Shown piece by piece: positions 21,179 to 33,059 of a stretch of 64,000 bases of DNA. Below the pieces are notes generated by a model. That model made no database searches and was not told the DNA's origin. It saw nothing but the letters and a program-made list of their open reading frames with translations. Origin of the DNA: Dehalococcoidia bacterium (GTDB lineage Bacteria; Chloroflexota; Dehalococcoidia; SM23-28-2; RBG-16-64-32); NCBI GenBank assembly GCA_963665775.2, contig CAXXTF010000001.1, positions 416,001-480,000 of the forward strand. The letters run 5' to 3'. How positions within the stretch are numbered: the first letter of the stretch is position 1; each line of letters begins with the position of its first letter. The position numbers and the translations under genes were made by a program.

Positions 21179-21999
21179 ACGAAGCCTCATCTGACTTCCG
21201 AGTCCCCCCTCGCTGGCTGTTGGGAGCGATCCTGGCCGTGCTCCTCGCCGGCACTTTCGCGGCTGTCGTGGCCGCTCAGATGACGTCTGAGGATCCGGGC
21301 AAGCGCATGCTGAGCCGGGCGGTGGCTGTCATTACCGAGATCGACGCCACCCTCCCCGATATCCAGGCTGACTTACGGGAGGAGGCCGAGGGTAGCTCAG
21401 CCGATCAGGTTCAGGTGCCCAACTTTCCGATCCCGATAGAGCTCCCCCGTGACGAAGCCCTGCAGATAGAGGGAGTCGAGCTGCGGGCCCGACTTCTGGA
21501 CGAGGCGGCCGTCCGCCTCTACGAGGACGGCATGTCGTCCTGGGCAGACGCCGATCCTGAGGCGGATCAGGCCATCTCGCGCATCTCCTCCATGGGCGTT
21601 CTGCGCTGGGGGTTGGGCCTCATCACGGAGAGGAACCATACGCTGTTCGTCACAGCAGCGATCCTGCTGGGAGTCCTGGCGGCCGTCCCGGCCCTCTTGC
21701 TCCTGGTCGCCGTTCAAGGCTACGTTCGTCTCATCGCCATGGGAATCGTTACTCTGGCGGCGGCTCTCCCGTCTCTGGCCGTCGCCCTCGTGCTCCGTAA
21801 CGCGATCGGAACGGCGGATGATGAGGCTGACCCCTTTGTGAGCGGACTCGTCGACCTGGGCGTCGACGCTATGTGGGTGGCCGTCCGGGACTACCTCGTT
21901 CTGAGCGCCCTCGGCCTCGCTATTATCGCCTTGGGTGGGTTCGCTCTCTGGTGGCAGGCGCGGCGGGGCTGGCTAGTGGCCGGGATCCAGAAGCTGTAG
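21175..21999 (+). CDS. Hypothetical membrane protein (about 4 TM)
   Basis: GTGA overlap with the RDD gene and several hydrophobic helices. Confidence 0.75.
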   Translation: MNEASSDFRVPPRWLLGAILAVLLAGTFAAVVAAQMTSEDPGKRMLSRAVAVITEIDATLPDIQADLREEAEGSSADQVQVPNFPIPIELPRDEALQIEGVELRARLLDEAAVRLYEDGMSSWADADPEADQAISRISSMGVLRWGLGLITERNHTLFVTAAILLGVLAAVPALLLLVAVQGYVRLIAMGIVTLAAALPSLAVALVLRNAIGTADDEADPFVSGLVDLGVDAMWVAVRDYLVLSALGLAIIALGGFALWWQARRGWLVAGIQKL

Positions 22000-22052
22000 A
22001 GTGTGCGGGCCGGGCCCCGTGGCCGGATCGCCGGCCTGCCCGCCGATCTAGC

Positions 22053-23582
22053 TTAGCTGGCGATATCCGTCTCCGCTACGTGGGGCGCGAACATGTGAGA
22101 TACCGTGTCGAAGCTCTCCGGGTTCAGCACTGGCTCCCGACTATCAAAGGCCGCACTCTCGACGATCATGTCGATCAGGTCGCGGGCCTGAGAGGCGTGG
22201 GGTTCCGGCTCTCCCCGACGATATAGGCGCTCCAGCACGTAGTTCAGACCGCCGTCCGCTACCAGGACTTGCCTTTCGCGGCACATCCGTCGCAGGATTT
22301 CGCCGAAATCCTGGGGCACGGGATTGGGTATCTCCACCTTATAGAGGATGCGGCGCAGCAAGGCGTCGTCGACCAGCTTCCGGATATCCAGGTTAGTTGC
22401 CAGCAGGAACTGAGCCCTGAAGGGCAGGGTCACCTTCTCCCCGGTAACGAGGCTCAAGCTGTCCCAGCCGCGCTCCAGGGAGATCAGCCAGCGAGTCAAC
22501 AGATCCCTAGCATCTATCCTCTGTCGCCCGAAGTCATCCACGAAGAAGACCCCCCCTTGGGCCTTAATGTGCGGCGGGGCCTGATAGAAACGGGACTGCG
22601 GGTCATGGGATATATCCAGGGACTCGAGCCCCAGTTCAGCGCCCAGAATTATGGCCGGCCGCCTTACCAGGACCCAGCGGCGGTCCAGCGCATTATCGTC
22701 CTCGTTCTCGCTGCCAGAGTCTGTGGCCTCCAGCCGCTTGTGGATGGACGGGTCGAAGACCCGGATGACCTGACCGTGGGCGTAGATGGCGTGGGGAACC
22801 AGGGTCACGCCCTCCAGCTCCTCGGCGAACCGCTCCAGGATGGTGGTTTTTCCGTTCCCAGACGGCCCGTACAGGAGAGTGGTTTTGCCCGAGTACAAGG
22901 CCCGCGCCAATGTATTCGCAACCTCTCCGGACAGGACGAGTCTGTTCAGGACCTCTTTGATGTAGCCTTTGGCGGGCGCCTGCCACATGCCTTGCCGCTG
23001 GATAACCTCGCTGTACCGTTCGGACGTGACCGGAGCGGGCCCCGCGTATCGGGTCCGCTCCAGCGCTTCGCTCGTTCGCTGGCCGCCCCTATCGGACAGG
23101 CGGTAACGGTAGTTTCCCGTGTATAGATCGGATTGACCTATGACCTCCACGAATCGGTCATCGGTGAGCGCCGAGAGTATCTGTTCAACGATAGAGCGGC
23201 GGAGACCCAGGCGATCCGCCAGCTGGCTTGCGGAGGGTGTACCGGAGTAGTGGATAATCTTGAGAGCCAGGTCAGTGAGGAACGCCTTGGACAGGCCCAG
23301 CTCCGCCACCGTCTGTGGCGGACGGGGCAGACCAGAATCGTCGGGCAGGTCCGCCGGCTCCGCGACGGCGGCTGCGGGGCCCTTCAGGAGATCTTGCGGC
23401 ACGGCCCTTCTATTGGCCGCCGTATCTTCTCCCGCTCCCGTGTCGTCGAATGGTGATGGCCGTTCCACGTCGTCGGAAGAGCCCTGGACGAATGCGGAAG
23501 GGGGGAGCTCAACACGTCTGTGCTCCTCGCTCACGGAAGTGTCCAGCCCGTCCGCCTGGTCCAAGTTTCGCTCTCTATCCAT
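22053..23582 (-). CDS. AAA-type ATPase of unknown function
   Basis: Walker A GPSGNGKT, Walker B FFVDDFGRQ, a YAGPAPV motif and LLRRI arginine finger. Confidence 0.85.
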   Translation of the reverse strand: MDRERNLDQADGLDTSVSEEHRRVELPPSAFVQGSSDDVERPSPFDDTGAGEDTAANRRAVPQDLLKGPAAAVAEPADLPDDSGLPRPPQTVAELGLSKAFLTDLALKIIHYSGTPSASQLADRLGLRRSIVEQILSALTDDRFVEVIGQSDLYTGNYRYRLSDRGGQRTSEALERTRYAGPAPVTSERYSEVIQRQGMWQAPAKGYIKEVLNRLVLSGEVANTLARALYSGKTTLLYGPSGNGKTTILERFAEELEGVTLVPHAIYAHGQVIRVFDPSIHKRLEATDSGSENEDDNALDRRWVLVRRPAIILGAELGLESLDISHDPQSRFYQAPPHIKAQGGVFFVDDFGRQRIDARDLLTRWLISLERGWDSLSLVTGEKVTLPFRAQFLLATNLDIRKLVDDALLRRILYKVEIPNPVPQDFGEILRRMCRERQVLVADGGLNYVLERLYRRGEPEPHASQARDLIDMIVESAAFDSREPVLNPESFDTVSHMFAPHVAETDIAS

Positions 23583-23799
23583 AGAGATCGATCTCCTATT
23601 CGGGCTGTGGGAATGTCTGGTGGTCTTCGCAGGGTAAGACGCACCGCCGGCGGGAACTGTTACCCGTTTGGCCGGGTGGCGCTCCTACGCCGGTGACCCT
23701 CGAGCACGGCGGCGCGACGAGCTAAATTGCTCCGGACATGCCGGCGTACTTCGCCGGGACCGAGCGGCGAATCGGGCCACCAACTGGTGGCGTAGGCGT

Positions 23800-23817
23800 T
23801 TGTGTCGGCTTGCACAA
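23800..23817. promoter_or_regulatory. Putative Rex operator next to the rex promoter (TTGACG 23822-N17-TATAAG 23845)
   Basis: TTGTG-TCGGCTTG-CACAA, an 18-bp palindrome fitting TTGTGaa-N4-ttCACAA. Confidence 0.6.
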
Positions 23818-23921
23818 GCTATTGACGCGAGGGGGTTTGGATGCTATAAGGAGCTAAGCCCCAGATTTGATTGATTTATTGATGGACTACATAGGAAACT
23901 CCTATAGGAGCGCTTTGGCAC

Positions 23922-24578
23922 ATGGAGATACCCTCTATAGTCATAGACCGATTGCCCCTTTATGCCCGGGCCCTGGCAACCCTAGAGGCGCGAGGCCGAG
24001 ACGTGGTCAGCTCGCAAGAACTGGGAACGCAACTGAATGTGACGCCAGCCCAGATCCGGAAGGATCTCAGCTACTTCGGTCGATTCGGTAAGCAGGGCCG
24101 CGGCTATAACGTCCGCACGCTGCTTACCGAGTTACACCACATCCTCGGCTTGGACCGGCAGTGGCGAATGGCCCTCGTTGGTGTCGGCAGGCTTGGTCGG
24201 GCCATCCTGGGGTACGGTGGCTTCGGGCCCCAGGGCTTCCGTATCGTTGAGGCTTTCGATTCCGATCCCCGGATCGCAGGCATCGAGATCGAAGGTGTGC
24301 TCGTCAAGCCCAGCGCGGAGCTCGAGGATGTGCTGGGGGCCAGCCCCGTAGACGTGGGCATCGTGGCCGTGCCTGCGGAGATCGCTCAAGATGTCGTCGA
24401 CGCCCTGGTCCGCTGCGAGGTTGGTGCCATCCTCAACTACGCGCCTATCGCCGCGCGTGTGCCTTCGGGCGTCTACGTCAGGCGTATCGATCCTGTGCTC
24501 TCTCTGCAGAGCATGACGTACTACCTGCAAGCCAAAGGGGCAGGTGTCCTCAGGAAAGCCAGTACCGACAGCCGGTAA
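23922..24578 (+). CDS. rex: Redox-sensing transcriptional repressor Rex
   Basis: RLPLY, SSQELG, QIRKDLSYFGRFGKQGRGY, and Rossmann GVGRLG. Confidence 0.96.
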   Translation: MEIPSIVIDRLPLYARALATLEARGRDVVSSQELGTQLNVTPAQIRKDLSYFGRFGKQGRGYNVRTLLTELHHILGLDRQWRMALVGVGRLGRAILGYGGFGPQGFRIVEAFDSDPRIAGIEIEGVLVKPSAELEDVLGASPVDVGIVAVPAEIAQDVVDALVRCEVGAILNYAPIAARVPSGVYVRRIDPVLSLQSMTYYLQAKGAGVLRKASTDSR

Positions 24579-24616
24579 CGGGGAGCGAGCCAGCAGCAGC
24601 GGGTATGAACCCTCGG

Positions 24617-25645
24617 CTAGTAGTTTACGAGCCACTCACCTTCAGATGGCTGCGCCCGCTGGATCAGGTCCAAGTGATCGAGGGCGATCCCCGCACCTAT
24701 AGCGACGCACTCCATGGGGGTATCAGCGATGTAGCAGGGGATGCCTGCCTCCTGGGTGATGAGCCGATCCACGTTGCGCAGTAGAGCGCTACCGCCGGTC
24801 AGGACGATCCCCCTGTCCACGACATCGGAGGCCAGCTCCGGCGGGGTCCTCTGCAGCACTGAATGGATAGCGCCTACGATCGACTGCAGGGGGTCCTTGA
24901 TCGCCTGCCAGACGTTTGTCGAGGTCACCGAGATCGTGCGGGGCAGCCCACTGACCTGGTCACGGCCACGCACTTCGTAGGTCATCTCCTCCTCTAGAGG
25001 AAGAGCGCTGCCGATAGCGATCTTCAGCTCCTCCGCCGTCCTCTCGCCGACGATCAGGTTGTGATGACGCTTCAAGTAGGCGGAAATAGAGTCGTCCAAA
25101 CGGTCTCCCGCCACGCGCACCGATTCGCTGACGACGATCCCGTACATAGAGATAACGGCGGCTTCCGTGCGGCCGCCGCCAATATCCACAATCATGTGTC
25201 CCTGCGGGGAGTCGATGGGGATGCGGGCACCGATGGCCGCTGCTAGGGGCTCTGGGATCACGTGCGCCGGGCGTCGCGCCCCCGCTGCCTCACAGGCGTC
25301 CTGCACCGCCCGCTGCTCCACGCCCGTCACCCCTGCCGGTGCGGAGATCATCACTTCCGGTCTTACCACTGAGACCCTGCCAGTCGTGCGGCTGATAAAG
25401 TAGCGGAGCATGGCCTCCGTGGTGAGGTAATCAGCGATGACCCCATCCCGCATGGGCCGGATCACCTGAATGGCGCTGGGGGTGCGGCCCAGCATCTCCC
25501 GCGCCTCCTTACCCACCGCCACGATGCTGTTGTCCCGCTGAGCCACCGCCACCACAGAGGGCTCGGCTATCACGATCCCCTTGCCATGAACGTAGATCTG
25601 CACGTTGGCCGTGCCCAGATCCACGCCAATCCGCTTGCCGAACAT
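24617..25645 (-). CDS. mreB: Rod shape-determining actin MreB/Mbl
   Basis: GVDLGTAN, PMRDGVIAD, EPLAAAIGA, VDIGGG, LTGGSALL. Confidence 0.93.
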   Translation of the reverse strand: MFGKRIGVDLGTANVQIYVHGKGIVIAEPSVVAVAQRDNSIVAVGKEAREMLGRTPSAIQVIRPMRDGVIADYLTTEAMLRYFISRTTGRVSVVRPEVMISAPAGVTGVEQRAVQDACEAAGARRPAHVIPEPLAAAIGARIPIDSPQGHMIVDIGGGRTEAAVISMYGIVVSESVRVAGDRLDDSISAYLKRHHNLIVGERTAEELKIAIGSALPLEEEMTYEVRGRDQVSGLPRTISVTSTNVWQAIKDPLQSIVGAIHSVLQRTPPELASDVVDRGIVLTGGSALLRNVDRLITQEAGIPCYIADTPMECVAIGAGIALDHLDLIQRAQPSEGEWLVNY

Positions 25646-26917
25646 TCAGACCCTTTCAATGACCGCGCCCAGTCCGCGCAGCTTCTCGTCGATCCCCTCG
25701 TACCCGCGGTCCACATGATATGTGTCCGTGATCTCCGTGCGGCCGCGGGCAGCCAGGCCCGCCAGTATGAGTGCCGCCCCGGCTCGCACGTCCAGGGCCC
25801 TTACGTTGGCTCCCATTAGTGGCGTAGGCCCACTGATGATAGCAGTGGTGGTTCCCGTAGTCACTACCTCCGCCCCCATCTTCCGCAGCTCGCTGACGTA
25901 AAGCAGTCGATTGTCGAAGACCCGCTCGTGCACGTAGCTTACACCCTTCGCCTGCGTCAGCAGTACGGACATGGGTGCCTGTAGGTCCGTGGCCAGGGCG
26001 GGGTAAGGCAGAGCCTGAATCGTGAGCGCCTTCAATTCGCCGTCAACCTGTACGCACAGCCGGTCGCCTTCCGCGTCTACGCTCACGCCCGCCTGGCGCA
26101 GCTTCGATATTAGCGAGAAGAGGTGATCCAGGCATACGCCGTGCACTTTCCCCTTCCCCCGCGTGATGGCGATGGCGATAGCGTAGGTGCCCGCTTCCAG
26201 CCGGTCTGGAATGATCCTGTACCGGGTGCCCTCCAGCTCCTCCACGCCTTCGATCTCCACGGTGTGGGTGCCGGCCCCGGAGATACGCGCACCCATATCC
26301 CTGAGCATGGCGGCCAGGCTCTGCACCTCTGGCTCCGAGGCTGCGTTGACGATTGTCGTGTGCCCCTTGGCGGTGGCGGCCGCCAGCATCAGGTTCTGTG
26401 TTCCCAGCACGCTTGGGTAGTCGGCGAAGATGCTGGCCCCGGTAAGACCTTGAGTCTGCGCGACGAACTTGTCTCCCTCGCGGCTGACATCGGCCCCCAG
26501 GGCGGCGAACCCCGACAGGTGTACGTCGATGGGCCGCTGGCCGATGACGTCGCCGCCGGGCGGCGCGCAGGCGGAGCGGCCCAGGCGGCCCAGGAGGGCG
26601 CCCATCACTAGGAAACTCCCTCTTAGACTGCCCACCAGCTGTGTGGCCGGCGAGGAGCTATGCAGGTTAGCGGCGTTGATGCGGAGGGTGTGCGGCGCCG
26701 GCCGCTCCACGACAGCGCCCAGGCTGCGCAGGACCGCCGCCATCTGAGTGACATCGCCGATGTCCGGCACGTTCTCCAGTACACAGTCTTCGGCGACCAA
26801 CAGGGCGGCCGCCATAGCGCCCATCGTGGCGTTCTTGGAGCCGCTCACACTGACGCTGCCTCGCAGCGGGTGTCCGCCCTCGATGACGAGGGTTTGGCCA
26901 GCGCTCTGCACGGCCAT
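25646..26917 (-). CDS. murA: UDP-N-acetylglucosamine 1-carboxyvinyltransferase (Cys-to-Asp variant)
   Basis: SGSKNA, PGGDVIGQRPID, IPDRLEAGT, TDLQAP, DRGYE. Confidence 0.95.
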   Translation of the reverse strand: MAVQSAGQTLVIEGGHPLRGSVSVSGSKNATMGAMAAALLVAEDCVLENVPDIGDVTQMAAVLRSLGAVVERPAPHTLRINAANLHSSSPATQLVGSLRGSFLVMGALLGRLGRSACAPPGGDVIGQRPIDVHLSGFAALGADVSREGDKFVAQTQGLTGASIFADYPSVLGTQNLMLAAATAKGHTTIVNAASEPEVQSLAAMLRDMGARISGAGTHTVEIEGVEELEGTRYRIIPDRLEAGTYAIAIAITRGKGKVHGVCLDHLFSLISKLRQAGVSVDAEGDRLCVQVDGELKALTIQALPYPALATDLQAPMSVLLTQAKGVSYVHERVFDNRLLYVSELRKMGAEVVTTGTTTAIISGPTPLMGANVRALDVRAGAALILAGLAARGRTEITDTYHVDRGYEGIDEKLRGLGAVIERV

Positions 26918-26938
26918 GGCTCGTGCTCTCCGTCCGTG

Positions 26939-27382
26939 CTAGGGGCCCGGCGGGCCCGGCCGCACGCCTCCTCCGCGCCGTCGCCGTCGCTCTACCGCTT
27001 TCAGTCGCGCCAGGGAATGGGCCAGCGCCGCCTGGGCCTGCGACAGGTCGATCTCCGCCGTCCGTTCTTCCAGGCGCCGTTGGGCGCGGCGACGCGCCTC
27101 CTCCGCCCGTAGTTCGTCGATCTCCTCGGCCCGCTCCGCGGCGTCCGCCAGGACGGTGACCCGGTTCTCTCGCACCTCGATGAAACCGCCCGTGATCGCC
27201 ATCTCTACCTCATCGTTCCCCTTGACGATGCGCATCACGCCCGGCTGCATCATGGTCAGTAGCGGCGTGTGCCGGGGCAGCACTCCCAGCTCTCCCACCA
27301 CCCCGGGCACGATGACCCGGTCCACATCCTCTTCGGAGTAGACCAGCCGCTCCGCCGTGACGATATCCACTTTCAGGGGCAT
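26939..27382 (-). CDS. atpC: ATP synthase F1 epsilon
   Basis: GELGVLPRHTP, GGFIEV; operon position. Confidence 0.95.
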   Translation of the reverse strand: MPLKVDIVTAERLVYSEEDVDRVIVPGVVGELGVLPRHTPLLTMMQPGVMRIVKGNDEVEMAITGGFIEVRENRVTVLADAAERAEEIDELRAEEARRRAQRRLEERTAEIDLSQAQAALAHSLARLKAVERRRRRGGGVRPGPPGP

Positions 27383-27481
27383 CTTATCGCACCACCCTCT
27401 CAGGGAACGGAGCGGTTATCCCTTCTCCCCGGCTGCCGATCCCCTCAGCGTTAGCGGCGCCGGAATCGGTCCGTGCGGTCA

Positions 27482-28986
<1,505 letters not shown>

Positions 28987-29018
28987 CGTTCAACCAGTTC
29001 CAGACTCCTCCGTTACTG

Positions 29019-29894
29019 TTAGCCCTTGAGCGCTTCCACGCCGCCGGTGATATCCAGCAGCTCGCCGGTGATGCTTTCCTGGCGCGCCTTATTGTAGATC
29101 AACGTCAGGTCGCGCGTCAGTTCTTTGGCGTTATCGGTGGCATTTCGCATCGCCACCATGCGCGCCGACTGCTCGCTGGCGATCGCTTCCAGGACGGCCT
29201 CGTAGAGCTGACGCTCTACGTACCGCGGCAGCAGCTCCGCCAGGACCTCCTCCCGGTTCGGTTCGTAGATGTACTCCACGCCCCGGGTTGCGGCCTCGGT
29301 CGGCGGCTCCACGGGCAGCAGCTTGAAGACCTCCGGCCGCTGCACCACCGTGTTCACGAACTGCGAGTAGATAAGGTACACCTCGTCCACAAGGCCCTCG
29401 ACGAAGTCCTGTATCATCACCTGCGCCACGGGCCGCACGTCCTCGTAGCCGGGGTTGTCCCCGATGCCGGTGAACTCAGCGACCACGTTCTGCCCTGTCC
29501 GCCGCATGAAATCGCGGCCCTTGCGTCCCACGGCGACGACCCGCACGGGGACGGTCTGGTCCAGGATGAACTGGGCCGCCCGGCGATTCAGGATCGACGG
29601 CAGCCCGCCGGCCAGGCCGCGGTCCGGTGTTACCAGGATGATTCCGATGGCCCGTACCTCCTCCTGCCTGCGCAACAGAGGCTGTAGCGTGTCCGGATCG
29701 GCCAGAGGCAGGGTTTCGGCGAGGTCCGCCAGCACCCAGCGCATCTTCTCCGCGTACGGCCGAGCGGCGAGAGCGCTCATCTGGGCGCGCCGCATCTTGG
29801 AGGCCGCCACCAGCTCCATGGCGCGGGTGATCTTCGCCGTACTCTCGATGCTGCGGATACGGCGCTTGATCTGGCTCAGCGTGCCCATTCCCAT
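29019..29894 (-). CDS. atpG: ATP synthase F1 gamma
   Basis: KITRAMELVAASK, SEQSARMVAMRNATDNA, NKARQESIT. Confidence 0.97.
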   Translation of the reverse strand: MGMGTLSQIKRRIRSIESTAKITRAMELVAASKMRRAQMSALAARPYAEKMRWVLADLAETLPLADPDTLQPLLRRQEEVRAIGIILVTPDRGLAGGLPSILNRRAAQFILDQTVPVRVVAVGRKGRDFMRRTGQNVVAEFTGIGDNPGYEDVRPVAQVMIQDFVEGLVDEVYLIYSQFVNTVVQRPEVFKLLPVEPPTEAATRGVEYIYEPNREEVLAELLPRYVERQLYEAVLEAIASEQSARMVAMRNATDNAKELTRDLTLIYNKARQESITGELLDITGGVEALKG

Positions 29895-30018
29895 TAGGCG
29901 TCACCCCAGCTATGGCCTGCCGCCGGGGCGATGACGCTGTTCCTCACCCCAAACAGCCCAGACATCGAGGTAACCCTGTGGTCCAATCGCCGACCTCGAA
30001 TTTCCAATGCTCGGTCTC

Positions 30019-31530
30019 CTAGAACGTCGCCGATTGCTTGAACTGCTGGATCGCCGTCTTGAGCTTCTCCTCCGTCTCTGACTCCAGCTCCTTCTTCTCC
30101 TCGATCTGGGCCAGGAGTTGCGGGTGATTCCCCTCCATGTAGCGATGGAAGGCCTCCTCGAAGTCGCGCATCTTTGTCACCTCCACGTCGTCTGTAAGAC
30201 CGTTGACGGCGGCGTAGATGATGCTGACCTCCGAGGCCAGACCTAGGGGCTGGAATTGCTGCTGCTTCAGGATCTCCGTCAGTCGCCGGCCGCGCTCCAG
30301 CTGCAAGCGGGTGGCTGCGTCCAGCTCCGCCGTGCCGAACTGGGCGAAGGCGGCCAGCTCGCGGTACTGGGCCAGGCCCAGGCGCATGCCGCCTGCCACC
30401 TGCCGCATGGCCCGGGTCTGCGCGGCGCCGCCCACACGGGATACCGAGAGGCCGGCGTTGATGGCCGGCCGGATTCCGGCGTTGAACAGGTCCGATTCCA
30501 GGTAGATCTGGCCGTCGGTGATGGAGATGACGTTAGTCGGCACGTAAGCCGCGACGTCGCCGGCCTGGGTCTCGATGATGGGCAGCGCTGTCAGGGAACC
30601 GCCGCCATGCTCGGGCGCCAGCTTGGCGGCGCGCTCCAGCAAGCGGCTGTGCAGGTAGAACAGGTCGCCGGGATAGGCCTCACGGCTGGGCGGCCGCCGC
30701 AGCAGCAGCGACATCTGGCGATAGGCCCAGGCGTGCTTCGAGAGGTCGTCGTAGATGACGAGGGCATCCTTGCCCTCATCCATGAACTCTTCGCCGATGG
30801 CGCAGCCGGAATACGGTGCCAGATACTGCATGGACGCCGGGTCGGCGGCGTTGGCCGCGACGACGACGGTGTGCTTCATCGCCCCGTGCTCCGCCAGTAC
30901 GGCGACTACCTGCACCACCTTCGAGGCCTGCTGGCCGATGGCGACGTAGATGCAGGTGAGGTCGCCCCCCTTCTGGGCGATGATCGTGTCCAGGCAGATG
31001 GCGGTCTTACCGGTGAAGCGGTCGCCGATGATCAGCTCCCGCTGGCCGCGGCCCACGGGGATCATGGCGTCGATCGCCTTGACTCCAGTGTGAACGGGGG
31101 TGTTCACGCTCTGGCGCGCCACCACGTTGGGGGCGATGCGCTCCACGGCGCGGGTCTTCTCCGATTTGATCGGGCCCTTGCCGTCCAGCGGCTGCCCCAG
31201 CGGGTCGACAACGCGGCCGATGAGGCCATCGCCCACCGGCACCTGGGCGATACGCCCCGTCGAGCGAACCTCGTCGCCCTCCTTGATCTCTGTATGATCC
31301 CCCAGGACGATGGCCCCCACCGTGTCTTCCTCCAGGTTCAGGGCCATCCCCATGATGCCCTTGGGGAACTCCAGCAGCTCGCTGTACATGGCGCCCCGCA
31401 GCCCGTACACTTGGGCGATGCCGTCGCCGGCCTCTACCACCGTGCCCACGTCCACAGCGGTCACCGCCCCGCCGAACTGCTCGATCTGCTGGCGTATTAT
31501 GGACGCGATCTCTTCCGGTTTGACCGCCAT
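30019..31530 (-). CDS. atpA: ATP synthase F1 alpha
   Basis: [36 protein letters not shown]. Confidence 0.98.
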   Translation of the reverse strand: MAVKPEEIASIIRQQIEQFGGAVTAVDVGTVVEAGDGIAQVYGLRGAMYSELLEFPKGIMGMALNLEEDTVGAIVLGDHTEIKEGDEVRSTGRIAQVPVGDGLIGRVVDPLGQPLDGKGPIKSEKTRAVERIAPNVVARQSVNTPVHTGVKAIDAMIPVGRGQRELIIGDRFTGKTAICLDTIIAQKGGDLTCIYVAIGQQASKVVQVVAVLAEHGAMKHTVVVAANAADPASMQYLAPYSGCAIGEEFMDEGKDALVIYDDLSKHAWAYRQMSLLLRRPPSREAYPGDLFYLHSRLLERAAKLAPEHGGGSLTALPIIETQAGDVAAYVPTNVISITDGQIYLESDLFNAGIRPAINAGLSVSRVGGAAQTRAMRQVAGGMRLGLAQYRELAAFAQFGTAELDAATRLQLERGRRLTEILKQQQFQPLGLASEVSIIYAAVNGLTDDVEVTKMRDFEEAFHRYMEGNHPQLLAQIEEKKELESETEEKLKTAIQQFKQSATF

Positions 31531-31621
31531 ATCGTCCTCCTCGGTTGAGCTTGGGAATTAGAGATCGGAGATCCGGCCTCCCCCTATCTAAGCCCCAGCC
31601 TCCAAGCTTCCCGTTCTCTCG

Positions 31622-32161
31622 TCACGTCCGGGACCCTGCCATCTGGCGTTTTAGGGCTTCCAGTTTAGTTCTCGTGCTCCCATCGATGAGCCGGTCGCCG
31701 ATGCGGACCACCAGGCCGCCCAGGATGCTCTCGTCCAACTGGGTCTCCACCACTACCCCCCTGCCCGTGGTCTCGCTCAGCCTTCGGACCACCGCGTTGA
31801 CGTCCTCTTGAGAGAGGGGCACGGCGCTGGTCACCACGGCGTGAGCGATCCCCTTCGCCTCGTCCAGCCTCTCTTGGAAGGCCTCCGCGATCTGAGGGCC
31901 CAGGGCGGTCCTCCCCCGACGTAACAGAAGGCGGGCCAGGTTCAGTACCAGCGGGTCAGCATCGGCCAGGGCGTCCTCCACCAGCCTCAGCTTGTCGGCC
32001 GCCGGTACGCGGGTGCTTTGCAGAAGGGCCTGCGCCCCAGGGTCCGCGAAGAGGGCAGCCATAGTTGCCAGGCCCGCGGACCAGGAGTCCTCGGCATCGC
32101 TTTCCTGGGCCAGCAGGTAGGCGGCCTCCGCGTAGCGCTTGGCCGTGACGTCTCGAATCAC
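31622..32161 (-). CDS. atpH: ATP synthase delta
   Basis: AKRYAEA, ILGGLVVRIGDRLIDGS. Confidence 0.95.
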   Translation of the reverse strand: MIRDVTAKRYAEAAYLLAQESDAEDSWSAGLATMAALFADPGAQALLQSTRVPAADKLRLVEDALADADPLVLNLARLLLRRGRTALGPQIAEAFQERLDEAKGIAHAVVTSAVPLSQEDVNAVVRRLSETTGRGVVVETQLDESILGGLVVRIGDRLIDGSTRTKLEALKRQMAGSRT

Positions 32162-32706
32162 GACCTCTCGCGGCCTCCATTGCCACCGTCCTGCGGCGCC
32201 TCTGCCAGCACCTCTTCTATCAGTTGGCGGTGCGTCTCCTGGTCCAGGCTGCGCCTGATCACCCGCTCCGCGGCGGTGATCGTCAGGTCGGCGAACTCCC
32301 GCCGCAACTCGGCGATGGCGCTATCGCGCTCCATCTGGATCTCGCTGCGGGCCCGCTCCAAGAGCTGCTCCGCCTCCGCCCCGGCCTGCGTCCGCCCCTC
32401 CTCCTGAACCCGGGAGGAGATCTGTTGGGCCTGGCTTATCAGCGCCTGTCCTTCTTGGCGGGCCTTTTCCAGCTCCTTGGTGACCTCCCTCTCCGTTTCG
32501 GACAGCCGGTTCTTGGACTCCTCCGCGGCCTCCAGCCCCTCCTGGATGCGCTTCCGCCGCTCGTCCATGATACGGAGGAGCGGCCTATAGGCCAGAACGG
32601 ACAGGAGCACCATGAGGAGGGTGAAGTTAATCAGCTGGGCCAGCAGGCTGGGCAAGTTGATGCCCAGCGCGCCTATTCCCAGAAATACCGGTTGCAAGAT
32701 TCCCAC
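32158..32706 (-). CDS. atpF: ATP synthase Fo b subunit
   Basis: LGINLPSLLAQLINF TM helix plus a long coiled coil. Confidence 0.93.
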   Translation of the reverse strand: MGILQPVFLGIGALGINLPSLLAQLINFTLLMVLLSVLAYRPLLRIMDERRKRIQEGLEAAEESKNRLSETEREVTKELEKARQEGQALISQAQQISSRVQEEGRTQAGAEAEQLLERARSEIQMERDSAIAELRREFADLTITAAERVIRRSLDQETHRQLIEEVLAEAPQDGGNGGRERS

Positions 32707-32732
32707 CGTCCCTTCCTGTCGGTCGCCTCTTC

Positions 32733-33038
32733 CTAGAACACGAAACCGATCATGATGGCAGTGACCAGGGCGTAGATGCCGATCGCTTCGGCGAAGGCGA
32801 GACCCAGGATCATGTTGGTCTGGATCACCGGCTGGGCCTCCGGGTTGCGGCCCAGCGCCTCCATCGCCTTGCCCACGAGGTTGCCGATGGCCAGGGCCGG
32901 CCCGAAGGCTCCCAGTCCCATGGCGATCCCCGCGCCGATGAACTTGATGCCGTCATCGGTTATAGCGATCTCGGTCTCCTGGGCAGCCTGCCGTATGGCC
33001 TCCGCCGCAGGCGGAATCAGGGCGAGGAACAGCTCCAT
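32733..33038 (-). CDS. atpE: ATP synthase Fo c subunit, likely H+-type
   Basis: GxGxxG helix, RNPEA loop, FAEAIGIY. It lacks the Q/ES(T) Na+ signature. Confidence 0.95.
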   Translation of the reverse strand: MELFLALIPPAAEAIRQAAQETEIAITDDGIKFIGAGIAMGLGAFGPALAIGNLVGKAMEALGRNPEAQPVIQTNMILGLAFAEAIGIYALVTAIMIGFVF

Positions 33039-33059
33039 CTATGCCTCCTTTTCGGTTGC

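Noticed and set aside
23583-23799. Riboswitch upstream of the AAA ATPase
   Set aside because: GC-rich stems are possible but I recognise no riboswitch consensus. An Rfam scan would be needed.
32733-33038. Na+-translocating ATP synthase
   Set aside because: The c subunit lacks the Gln and Ser/Thr ligands (PALAIG, EAIGIY).
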